The notes below the pieces were generated by a model, which searched no databases, was not told the origin of the DNA, and saw nothing but the letters and a program-made list of their open reading frames with translations. From contig JAHYJR010000003.1 in the NCBI GenBank assembly GCA_019429005.1, positions 64,001 to 128,000 on the forward strand: a stretch of 64,000 bases of DNA, in the 5' to 3' direction. Shown here piece after piece: positions 1 to 8,586 of this stretch. This stretch comes from Nanobdellati archaeon. Lineage in GTDB: Archaea; EX4484-52; GLR71. The position numbers and the translations under genes were made by a program. Position 1 is the first letter of the stretch; every line of letters starts with the position of its first letter.

Positions 1-247
1 ATACGGAAACAGTCTGTGACTCTGCACCAGTCTGTGCTAATTTAGCACCTATGTTAATAGCTCCAACAACATCTTCTGTTGCTGCAGTTGCACCTACTAC
101 TATAACTGAACTGATCCCATCCACTGTTGCGAAAGGTGCTGGATATTGATCAAGAGTTGTAGCTGCAGATGCTGGACCTAATAGTGTTGCTCCCATTAAA
201 AGAGAACCCATCATTATTGTCCCTAATTTTTTCATTATTTTCTGCAT
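1..247 (-). CDS. S-layer protein, N-terminal part (continues beyond the window edge)
   Basis: Hand translation gives MQKIMKKLGTIMMGSLLMGATLLGPASAATTLDQYPAPF...VIVVGATAATEDVVGAINIGAKL: a signal peptide followed by the VVG.AA..DV..A..I motif of Methanococcus-type S-layer N-terminal domains. Not in the ORF track. Confidence 0.85.
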   Translation of the reverse strand, partial: MQKIMKKLGTIMMGSLLMGATLLGPASAATTLDQYPAPFATVDGISSVIVVGATAATEDVVGAINIGAKLAQTGAESQTVSV

Positions 248-393
248 ATTTATAACCTCTTTACTTATTTGCATAAAAAGCAAATTACTCGTGCAATCAA
301 AATCTATCTATAATAGATATTTCTTAATTACTCTGCAAAAAGAATCTATCTGTAAGAGATAGTTCCAAATCACATAAACATAGATTGTGTGAG

Positions 394-412
394 GGTATAT
401 ATATACCTTTCT
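394..412 (-). promoter_or_regulatory. BRE/TATA promoter of the S-layer gene
   Basis: The minus strand reads AGAAAGGTATATATATACC (purine-rich BRE plus TATA), about 150 nt upstream of the ATG at 247. Confidence 0.55.
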
Positions 413-744
413 CGAAACAGTTCCAACACTATAAACAACCATTTTGAAAAACACTTTAAATTAAAAAAGAAGGTCAATTTAAACGTTTAAATGTTCCAAT
501 GAGAATAATTAATGTTTAAATTAGTTATAAAAGACTTTTGAAGAGTTTAAAATTTTTAACAAAAAAACAGACCAATTTAAACACCATTTTAGATAGGTCT
601 AATAAACAACAGAAAAATCCTAAAAGACTCACAATTTTAACCAGACTAAACCCTAAAATACCTGAAAACTTACAAAAATCAAGATAAATAAACCAAAAAA
701 AAAACACAAAATAAAACAAAAAATCTGATAAAACAAAAATAATT

Positions 745-854
745 CCATAAAATAACCTAAAAATCACCATAAAATAACCTAAAAAGCACCATAAAATAAC
801 CTAAAAAGCACCATAAAATGACCTAAAAAGCACCATAAAATAACCTAAAAAAAC
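745..854. repeat. 22-bp tandem repeat, 5 copies (CCATAAAATAACCTAAAAAGCA)
   Basis: Units start at 745, 767, 789, 811 and 833, with few mismatches. Confidence 0.95.
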
Positions 855-954
855 CACTATATAACACAAAACAGCCCTTAACTAAAAACATAAAAATCAA
901 ACCCATAACTAACACAACAAACACATATATATCACATAAATACAAATAGTAAAT

Positions 955-2742
955 ATGACAGTAGAAACAAAAAAGACAATACTCCTTATAAAAGAAAGTC
1001 TATATATGAAAAAATGCACACACACAGACAAACTTACGACAACATTAAATATAGACAACAAAAAGATTGCAAAATACACTATAAAACTCAATAAAAAAGA
1101 CATAAAAAACAAACATATCAAAGAATGTTTGCCTGAAGAATACAAAATTACTTTAAAATTCGACATAAATGACATAAAAATAGATGAAATAAACACAATA
1201 GAACAAGATTATTTTATTTCAACAATACAAATCAATAATAAAAATGAGAACAACATAAACATATTATGTGAATCAGATAAGCATATTAAAAAAATAGAAC
1301 TCAATAAAGTTAGAAATTGTATAATCTTCCATTTAGAAAAGGGTGCAGCCATCCTAGGTTACATTTCAAAAGATATAGAAATGACTAAAAAAGAAAATTC
1401 AATTGATACAACAACAAACAATAATGAAATCAAGCTTATATTCACATTCTCAAAAAAAAATGTATTGTCTGCACTAGATAAATATGATACAATCAACCGA
1501 AACATAGCCCTAAACACAAAAGAATACCAACAAATTGATAACGAAACCGAAGATTTAACAACAAACAAAGAGATAAATGAAGCCTTCAAATGGTCTTCCA
1601 TACACCTTAAAAATATAGATCCGAACAACATACCAGAAACCCGAAAAATGACTTCAGAAGAAAAATTATATTATACACTTGGTGCAAACAGTATTGGAGA
1701 AACTAAAAAAGCAGAACTTATTTTTGAAGAAATATCAAAAAACATAGAAACACTAACTGAAAAAACATATCCATTATTCATCTTTACATTAGAAAACCAC
1801 ATAAATCATATAAATGACAGAATAACAAGAGAGCATTTAGAAAAAAGATTCAAAAACACAATTGATTATTGTATCACACAATACAAAATATACAAACATA
1901 AACAAAAAAATGATATAGAACTTGACGCATTATGGCTTTTAGCCTTAGATACAACAGACAAAAAAGAAGCAAGGAATATATTACACACAATAGAATCCAA
2001 ATGTAATACAGATGATATCACAATAAAACACATACTACCTCTTTTTAGCGGAAAAATTACAAAACTAAATGCAAATAACATAATCAAAATAATAAAACAA
2101 GAATTTATGACCTCTTATGGTATAAGAACAAGAAGCTGCCTTAATCCAAAATACAAACCCTCAATAGAACAAGAAGGCGCAATATCATTAATAAAAACTG
2201 CATTATTCACAATAGGTGTACTTCAATATGATATTGATGAAGGCCATGCAATGCTAAAAAACCTATCAAAACTAATGGGAACACACACAATAGGGCACTT
2301 TCAGAAAACATTAAATGCTGCAGATGGATCACAAATAAAAACAAGTCAAAATGACATATCGCTTGAAACGACAGCATTAATTATTTATGCAATTGACACA
2401 TATCTTGCAGGAATAAAACCTAAATTATCATCAAATAGGATATTTATAAGACCTAAAATATCACGAAACCTGAATGATATAATGCGTAATGACAAACAAA
2501 TTGGAACAAATAAAATGCACACATACATAAAATGGAACGATACAGAAGATAAAGACCTTATAAGCATGAATATAATATTTGAAAACAGACCAAACAACAA
2601 AGGAATAATTGAATTACCAGGTGAATTTAAAACATTTATAATAAATGGAAAAGAAACTGTTGGTCCAAAATGCGAATTTCGTATGAAACAGATCAACAAT
2701 ATATTAGCATTAAAAAATAAATCAATCAATATAAGTCGATAA
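955..2742 (+). CDS. Divergent glycogen-debranching/amylo-alpha-1,6-glucosidase-like protein
   Basis: The C-terminal segment FMTSYGIRTRSCLNPKYKP...EGAISL resembles the GDE_C GIRT....P.Y....G..W motif, followed by LAGIKP...I.P. The catalytic motifs are eroded. Confidence 0.5.
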   Translation: MTVETKKTILLIKESLYMKKCTHTDKLTTTLNIDNKKIAKYTIKLNKKDIKNKHIKECLPEEYKITLKFDINDIKIDEINTIEQDYFISTIQINNKNENNINILCESDKHIKKIELNKVRNCIIFHLEKGAAILGYISKDIEMTKKENSIDTTTNNNEIKLIFTFSKKNVLSALDKYDTINRNIALNTKEYQQIDNETEDLTTNKEINEAFKWSSIHLKNIDPNNIPETRKMTSEEKLYYTLGANSIGETKKAELIFEEISKNIETLTEKTYPLFIFTLENHINHINDRITREHLEKRFKNTIDYCITQYKIYKHKQKNDIELDALWLLALDTTDKKEARNILHTIESKCNTDDITIKHILPLFSGKITKLNANNIIKIIKQEFMTSYGIRTRSCLNPKYKPSIEQEGAISLIKTALFTIGVLQYDIDEGHAMLKNLSKLMGTHTIGHFQKTLNAADGSQIKTSQNDISLETTALIIYAIDTYLAGIKPKLSSNRIFIRPKISRNLNDIMRNDKQIGTNKMHTYIKWNDTEDKDLISMNIIFENRPNNKGIIELPGEFKTFIINGKETVGPKCEFRMKQINNILALKNKSINISR

Positions 2743-3885
2743 TGCATTTTTCTTCTTCTTAATACCTAAAACTTTATCTCGTGCTTTAAGGAAATCATCT
2801 GTAAAAACATGTTTACGATTTTCACGTATAGCAAAATAGCCAGCCTCAACACACACAGACCTTATTTCAGCACCAGTAAATCCTTTAATGTTTTTAACAA
2901 TAATTTCAGAATCAACAGATTTGTCAAGAGTCATCTTTTTTGTGTGAATCTCAAATATAGCTTTACGACCGTCTTTATCTGGTTCAGGTATCAACAATAT
3001 ACGATCCAACCTACCCGGCCTTATAACTGCAGAATCCAATATATCAATCCTGTTTGTCGCACCGATAACCTTAACATTATCAAGCGATTTAAAACCATCA
3101 ATCTCAGCAAGAAGCTGCATAAAAGTCCTTTGAACCTCACGCTCACCTGAAGTACCAACTTCAATCCTCTTTGAAGCAATAGCATCAATTTCATCAATAA
3201 ATATTATTGCAGGTGCCTTATCTCTTGCAAGCTGAAATATAGATTTTACAAGTTTTGCACCCTGACCTATAAATTTCTGGACAAGTTCACTCCCAACAAT
3301 CTCAATAAATACAGCATTAGTACTATTTGCAACAGCTTTTGCAAGAAGAGTCTTACCAGTTCCAGGAGGACCATAAAGCAAAATACCTTTAGGTGGTTCA
3401 ATACCTACTTCCTTAAAAAGTTCAGGTTTTGTAAGTGGTAATTCTATAACTTCTTTAATCTCAATAATCTCCTGCTTAAGACCACCTATATTTTTCCAAG
3501 TTGTATTAGGTTTTTCAATTATTACAAACTCATTTACATCATAATTCTTTTTCAACCCAATTTTCTGGACAACTGAAAGTGATTTCTGATCAAGTAAAAC
3601 TTCATCACCAGGAACAAGCTTAGAATCAAGAGCCTTATCTACAAACACAGAAAACTCATTACCATTCTTCAAACGTACAATAACATTATCATAAGATAAC
3701 AGTTCAATAACTTCCCCTACTAACAAAGGCGGTATCTTATATCGCATAAGTTCAGCTTTAAGCTCTGCTATCTGAGTTTTTGCATGTATAAGTTTATCTT
3801 CATCACTACCTGAATCAGAAACAACATTATATTCTGGATTATCAGAAAAAACATCATCATCATAAAAAGAATCTTCATCTGCCAT
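2722..3885 (-). CDS. pan: Proteasome-activating nucleotidase
   Basis: Coiled coil and OB domain, Walker A GPPGTGKT, ELVQKFIG pore loop, IFIDEIDA, RPGRLDR. Confidence 0.97.
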   Translation of the reverse strand: MADEDSFYDDDVFSDNPEYNVVSDSGSDEDKLIHAKTQIAELKAELMRYKIPPLLVGEVIELLSYDNVIVRLKNGNEFSVFVDKALDSKLVPGDEVLLDQKSLSVVQKIGLKKNYDVNEFVIIEKPNTTWKNIGGLKQEIIEIKEVIELPLTKPELFKEVGIEPPKGILLYGPPGTGKTLLAKAVANSTNAVFIEIVGSELVQKFIGQGAKLVKSIFQLARDKAPAIIFIDEIDAIASKRIEVGTSGEREVQRTFMQLLAEIDGFKSLDNVKVIGATNRIDILDSAVIRPGRLDRILLIPEPDKDGRKAIFEIHTKKMTLDKSVDSEIIVKNIKGFTGAEIRSVCVEAGYFAIRENRKHVFTDDFLKARDKVLGIKKKKNALSTYID

Positions 3886-3941
3886 AACATAATCTTGTAG
3901 TAAATACCTTTAAATATTTGATAAGAATCCACAATACAAAA

Positions 3942-4766
3942 TCAAATAAGAGGTCTCAAAACAGGATAATTCAGTTTAAAATCAATATCACTAAGCTCAA
4001 ATACAGATTCACTATTACACACAGCTTTACACCTATGTTCTTTTGCTAAGGTCTCAATCAAATCAACATCTAAAGTATCACCTTCAATAATTAGGATTTC
4101 AGGATCATATGTTTTCAAATAATCAATATCTAATTGAGAAATATTTGATGCCAATACAATAATCTTGCAACCCCTCTTCATGATAAGTCTTGCAGCTTCA
4201 ACACCCTCTTTTGAATCTATAAGTGCAATCACCGAACCTTCAACACTAATAGGAAGACCACCCACACACGAAAAGGTATCTAAAAATAAATAAGTCTTAT
4301 CACTTCTAATTTCTAGATTAAAAGAGACATCAGGTTTTGAAAGATTTACCTTATTTGTAAAAGTATCAACGATCCAAGAACCAATCTCAGCTGCAAATTC
4401 TTGACTTGTAAACTCATGCTTTCCAACACGTTTAACTCTAACTGCAAAAGTCTTATTTTTTGTTAATTGAATTTTCGCCAAATCCAAAACAGATTTTTTT
4501 AAAATAGCTTTATCCGTATCAACCACAATAACTTGAGATACCGAAACAAGACCAAAAACCTTTTGAATTATACCGATTGCAACTTTTGTATCACTATTTG
4601 GCACAGATACAAAAATACGATTACGATCATACCGTACTTTAAACTTAACCATCCCACGATACAGATTACCTTTAATATTTTTGACAAGCTGAATCAAAAA
4701 TTTGTTCTTAACCTGATCAGATTTAAGCCAAAGTTCACCGAATTTACAAAGCAATAGATTATCCAT
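3942..4766 (-). CDS. thiI: ThiI-like THUMP-domain protein with a degenerate PP-loop domain
   Basis: GELWLKS N-terminus, THUMP (TFAVRVKR...VNLSKPD), GGLP. The SGGxDS loop is absent. Confidence 0.75.
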   Translation of the reverse strand: MDNLLLCKFGELWLKSDQVKNKFLIQLVKNIKGNLYRGMVKFKVRYDRNRIFVSVPNSDTKVAIGIIQKVFGLVSVSQVIVVDTDKAILKKSVLDLAKIQLTKNKTFAVRVKRVGKHEFTSQEFAAEIGSWIVDTFTNKVNLSKPDVSFNLEIRSDKTYLFLDTFSCVGGLPISVEGSVIALIDSKEGVEAARLIMKRGCKIIVLASNISQLDIDYLKTYDPEILIIEGDTLDVDLIETLAKEHRCKAVCNSESVFELSDIDFKLNYPVLRPLI

Positions 4767-4855
4767 AAATACCAATCACAATAATTTATTAAAAGTTTGA
4801 TTTTAATAGACATTATAGAGTTAATTTAATAAAACTTACAGGAGATTATAAGAAA

Positions 4856-5845
4856 ATGATTACAATTGGTATTGAAGGAACTGCACACACCTTTGGAATT
4901 GGTATAATAGAAAAGAAAGGAAAAAAGTGTACAATTCTTTCAAGCATTAAAAAAACATATTTCCCAGACAAAGGTATACACCCACGAGAAGCTGCACAAC
5001 ACCATATAACCGTCGCAAAAGACATATATCTAGAGGCTCTCAAAAAAGCAGAAATAAAAGAAAAAGACATCGATCTTGTATCATTCTCAATGGGTCCTGG
5101 TCTTATGCCAAGCTTAAAAACAGCAGCTATCTTTGCAAGAACACTTTCACAGAAGCTTAAAAAACCAATCATAGGCGTAAATCACTGCGTAGCACACATT
5201 GAAATTGGAAAAATCTTGACAAACGCAAAAGACCCAATTGTAATATTTGTCTCAGGTGGAAATTCACAAATTATCGGATATTCTGGTGGAAGATACAGAA
5301 TATTTGGTGAAACCCTTGATATCGCGGTTGGAAATGCGATTGATAAATTTGCACGTATCGCAAAACTTGGAAACCCAGGTGGACCAAAACTAGATAAGGC
5401 TGCAATTGGTGGCAATTACATTAAAATGCCCTATTCTGTAAAAGGAATGGATTTCTCATTTTCAGGACTGCTCACTTCAGCCTCAACAAAAATAGACCAA
5501 AATAAAAATGAGCTCAAAGACATATGCTATTCATTCAGGCATAACTGTTTTGCAATGCTCACTGAAGTCGCCGAACGTGCATTATCACACACAGAAAAAT
5601 CTGAAATCTTAGTAGTAGGTGGTGTCGCTGCATCTGAAACTTTCAAAAACATGCTCAATATTATGTGCAAAGAGCGAGGTGCAAAAGCCTATGCAGTACC
5701 AACAGAATATTCCGGCGACAACGGTGCTATGATTGCATGGCAAGGTGCTTTAGAACACAGTGCGGGACGAGAACATAAGATTGAAGACACACATGTCACA
5801 CCCAAATGGCGCACAGACCAAGTTGAGATTGAATATATTAAATAA
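4856..5845 (+). CDS. kae1: KEOPS t6A synthase Kae1
   Basis: GIEGTAHT, HCVAH, SGGNSQ, GETLD, DNGAMIAW, WRTD. Not fused to Bud32. Confidence 0.97.
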   Translation: MITIGIEGTAHTFGIGIIEKKGKKCTILSSIKKTYFPDKGIHPREAAQHHITVAKDIYLEALKKAEIKEKDIDLVSFSMGPGLMPSLKTAAIFARTLSQKLKKPIIGVNHCVAHIEIGKILTNAKDPIVIFVSGGNSQIIGYSGGRYRIFGETLDIAVGNAIDKFARIAKLGNPGGPKLDKAAIGGNYIKMPYSVKGMDFSFSGLLTSASTKIDQNKNELKDICYSFRHNCFAMLTEVAERALSHTEKSEILVVGGVAASETFKNMLNIMCKERGAKAYAVPTEYSGDNGAMIAWQGALEHSAGREHKIEDTHVTPKWRTDQVEIEYIK

Positions 5846-5890
5846 ACAAATCCACAAATCAAAACATTTCAAAATTAATTCAATAACAAA

Positions 5891-6862
5891 TCACAAATGC
5901 TTAATATAATCAAAAAAATCTGATATATTCACATCAATATTTAATTCTACAGCATCCACAATCCTAGAATCTAACGGTTTAGGTAAACAACCAGAATCAT
6001 AAAAATTATAATACCTACCTAAAACAGCGTCAATTTTTGACATATCACAATCATCAATAGAAAATGGAATTGTACACAATTTAAAATCCTTATAAGACAT
6101 ACCTTTCTGAAGACATTTATTCAAAAACAAACTTTCCATAGCAAGATTTGAGATATAATTATCAGACAATTCATGATAACCTCCCAATTCAGAAGATGTA
6201 TGATCAACACCAAAAAGACCATAACCACCATCAATCGTAGAAAATATATAATTTGCAGGATCAATCGAATCTTCAAATTTAACTATACCAATATTACAAT
6301 GTTTAAGAGAATATTGATTAAATCCTAACCACTCAACAACATTCAAGATAAAATCATCAACAAAATCAGTATCATAACTAAAGATTTCAAGAAATTTATT
6401 TAAAAAAGGTGTTAATCGCATTTCGCCATTTGTCTCAATAACATTACATGCAAGACCTTTAGAATCAATAGGATTATCATACAAATAATAACCACAAGGA
6501 TTATGAGGTGATACAACACCATAAGACTCATAAAATGTTTTAAGAACATCTGTCACCCTAAGTTCATTTAAAGCTTTTTCAGGACTTAATACACCAAAAA
6601 TAGAAGTACCTCTAAAATAAGTCCCATCATAAGGCCGACAACCTTTCAATTTATAAAAAGAATTACCATCAACACCCTCAACCAAAAACACCGAAGATCT
6701 ATAGCCTACAGAATATGCTTCTTGACCTCCAACATCACTCATTATCCATGGTGACTGCAATATTTCAGGCACATCAAAAGAACCAAAAGGAACAAAATAA
6801 CCATCAGTCTGCTTTAATTGTACTTTAGATTTACAATCTAAACTTATACCCATACAACACAA
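5891..6862 (-). CDS. Hypothetical protein, possibly SelO-like atypical kinase fold
   Basis: R...YKLKGC...GVL...A.NE, followed later by N and D motifs (DPANY...GVD). Confidence 0.4.
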   Translation of the reverse strand: MCCMGISLDCKSKVQLKQTDGYFVPFGSFDVPEILQSPWIMSDVGGQEAYSVGYRSSVFLVEGVDGNSFYKLKGCRPYDGTYFRGTSIFGVLSPEKALNELRVTDVLKTFYESYGVVSPHNPCGYYLYDNPIDSKGLACNVIETNGEMRLTPFLNKFLEIFSYDTDFVDDFILNVVEWLGFNQYSLKHCNIGIVKFEDSIDPANYIFSTIDGGYGLFGVDHTSSELGGYHELSDNYISNLAMESLFLNKCLQKGMSYKDFKLCTIPFSIDDCDMSKIDAVLGRYYNFYDSGCLPKPLDSRIVDAVELNIDVNISDFFDYIKHL

Positions 6863-6965
6863 TAGATAGAGTATAATTTTAAATAAGTTTTTAAAAACAA
6901 ATTAAAGCATCAAAAATATAAAGTAAGATAAATCACTAAAGATATTCTTACAATACAAAAAACAC

Positions 6966-8507
6966 TCAAACAAGATTCAACATCTTCTCAGCAGCCTCAA
7001 TCGCTGCAAGCGTCTGATCAGAATCAACACCAAGAGTCTTAAACCGTTTTCCGCCCAATTCCCAAATGATAGTTGTTTCAACAAGAGCATCGGTTTTTCC
7101 ACCAGGAGGTATTCTCACCTCATAATCAACAAGTACAGGTACTTGAAATTTAAGTTTAGGAGCAATCCCTTTAACACCATTCCAAAAAGCATCAAAACCA
7201 CCATCACCAATACCTTTAACATCCACTTCAATACCCTTATAATTCAACTTAAAACGTGCTTTCTGTTTTGAACCAGACCTAACAGAAATACAAACATCAG
7301 ATATTTTAGCATGAATCTCAAGTGGTGTACCTAAAACATCTGCGATAATATAAGGAAGATCGCTCGAAGTTATCTGTTTTTTCCCCATACCAAGCTCGAC
7401 CACACGCTCATACACACGTTTTTTATCACAATCAGAAAGACGAATTCCAAGCTTATCAAGATTCATCTCAACACTTGCCATACCACTCAATTTGCCAAGT
7501 GCATATGTACGCTCACGCCCAAATCTATCAGGTGTCAAAAGACTCATATACAGACCTTTTTTCTTATCGCCATCAGCATGAATCCCTGCAGTCTGAGTAA
7601 AAACATCATCACCAACAATAGGCTTATTTGACGCAATCCTTTTGCCCGAAAAAGTATTTACAAGCAGGCTCGCATTCAAAAGCTTAGATTCATCAATACC
7701 CGTAACATACAAACGACCATCAACACTACGACTATCCCGCAACACATCTTTAACCGAAACAACAACCTCATCAAGAGAAGTGTTTCCTGCCCGTTCACCA
7801 AAACCATTCACAGTCGTATGAACTCCAGAAACACCGTTCACAATCGCAGCTAAAGTGTTTGATACTGCAAGACCATAATCATTATGTGCATGAAAATCAA
7901 AATGAACCTTTGGATATTTCCTTACCAAATCAGATACAAAATCTGATACTTGCATAAAATTAAGCATACCAAGCGTATCAGCAAGCATAATACGTGAAAT
8001 CCCAGAATAAACTGAAAGATTATCTATAAGAAAATAAACATAATCTCTTGAATTAACCATACCTGAAGACCAATCTTCAAGATACACATTTACAACCATA
8101 CCTTTAGATACTGCATAATCAACTGTTTTTTTAATATCAGACACATGTCCTTCAGGCGTTTTCTTAAGCTGACCCTTAAGATGATTCAAAGAACTTTTAG
8201 CAAGAAGATTCATCACTTTACAACCCGCACCTGATATCCAATCAACAGATTTCACACCATCAACAAAACCTAGAACCTCAACTTTTTCAAGCATATTTTT
8301 AGACCTTGCAAAATCACATATAGCTCGTACAGATTCAACCTCTTCAGATGAAACTCTTGCACTCGCAACTTCAATCCTATCAAGCTTAAGATCACATAAA
8401 AGATATTGTGCGATTTCCAATTTTTCTTTAGAAGAATAACTTACAGAAGGTGTCTGCTCACCATCACGTAATGTAGTATCCATAAGTTCAATCTTAAACG
8501 AATCCAT
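6966..8507 (-). CDS. cimA: Citramalate synthase / 2-isopropylmalate synthase family (Leptospira/Bacteroidetes-like)
   Basis: DTTLRDGEQ, HAHND, GERAGN, YALGKLSG, and regulatory domain VRIPPGGKTDAL. Confidence 0.8.
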   Translation of the reverse strand: MDSFKIELMDTTLRDGEQTPSVSYSSKEKLEIAQYLLCDLKLDRIEVASARVSSEEVESVRAICDFARSKNMLEKVEVLGFVDGVKSVDWISGAGCKVMNLLAKSSLNHLKGQLKKTPEGHVSDIKKTVDYAVSKGMVVNVYLEDWSSGMVNSRDYVYFLIDNLSVYSGISRIMLADTLGMLNFMQVSDFVSDLVRKYPKVHFDFHAHNDYGLAVSNTLAAIVNGVSGVHTTVNGFGERAGNTSLDEVVVSVKDVLRDSRSVDGRLYVTGIDESKLLNASLLVNTFSGKRIASNKPIVGDDVFTQTAGIHADGDKKKGLYMSLLTPDRFGRERTYALGKLSGMASVEMNLDKLGIRLSDCDKKRVYERVVELGMGKKQITSSDLPYIIADVLGTPLEIHAKISDVCISVRSGSKQKARFKLNYKGIEVDVKGIGDGGFDAFWNGVKGIAPKLKFQVPVLVDYEVRIPPGGKTDALVETTIIWELGGKRFKTLGVDSDQTLAAIEAAEKMLNLV

Positions 8508-8586
8508 ATATTTCAACCACATCAAAAATAAAAATGATTATAAAACAACTTAATAAGTAAATTTTAAATAAATACCCAATAATCTA

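Noticed and set aside
525-770. 81-aa minus-strand ORF, and similar F/L/I-rich shadow ORFs throughout the window
   Set aside because: These are antisense artefacts of A/C-rich DNA or of real genes, with no recognisable motifs.
745-854. CRISPR array (also considered at 26479, 43525 and 51168)
   Set aside because: The units are directly adjacent with no unique spacers, and there are no cas genes in the window.
5891-6862. Bud32 kinase partner of Kae1
   Set aside because: It is convergent with kae1 and lacks the GAEA, HGDL and DFGL motifs.
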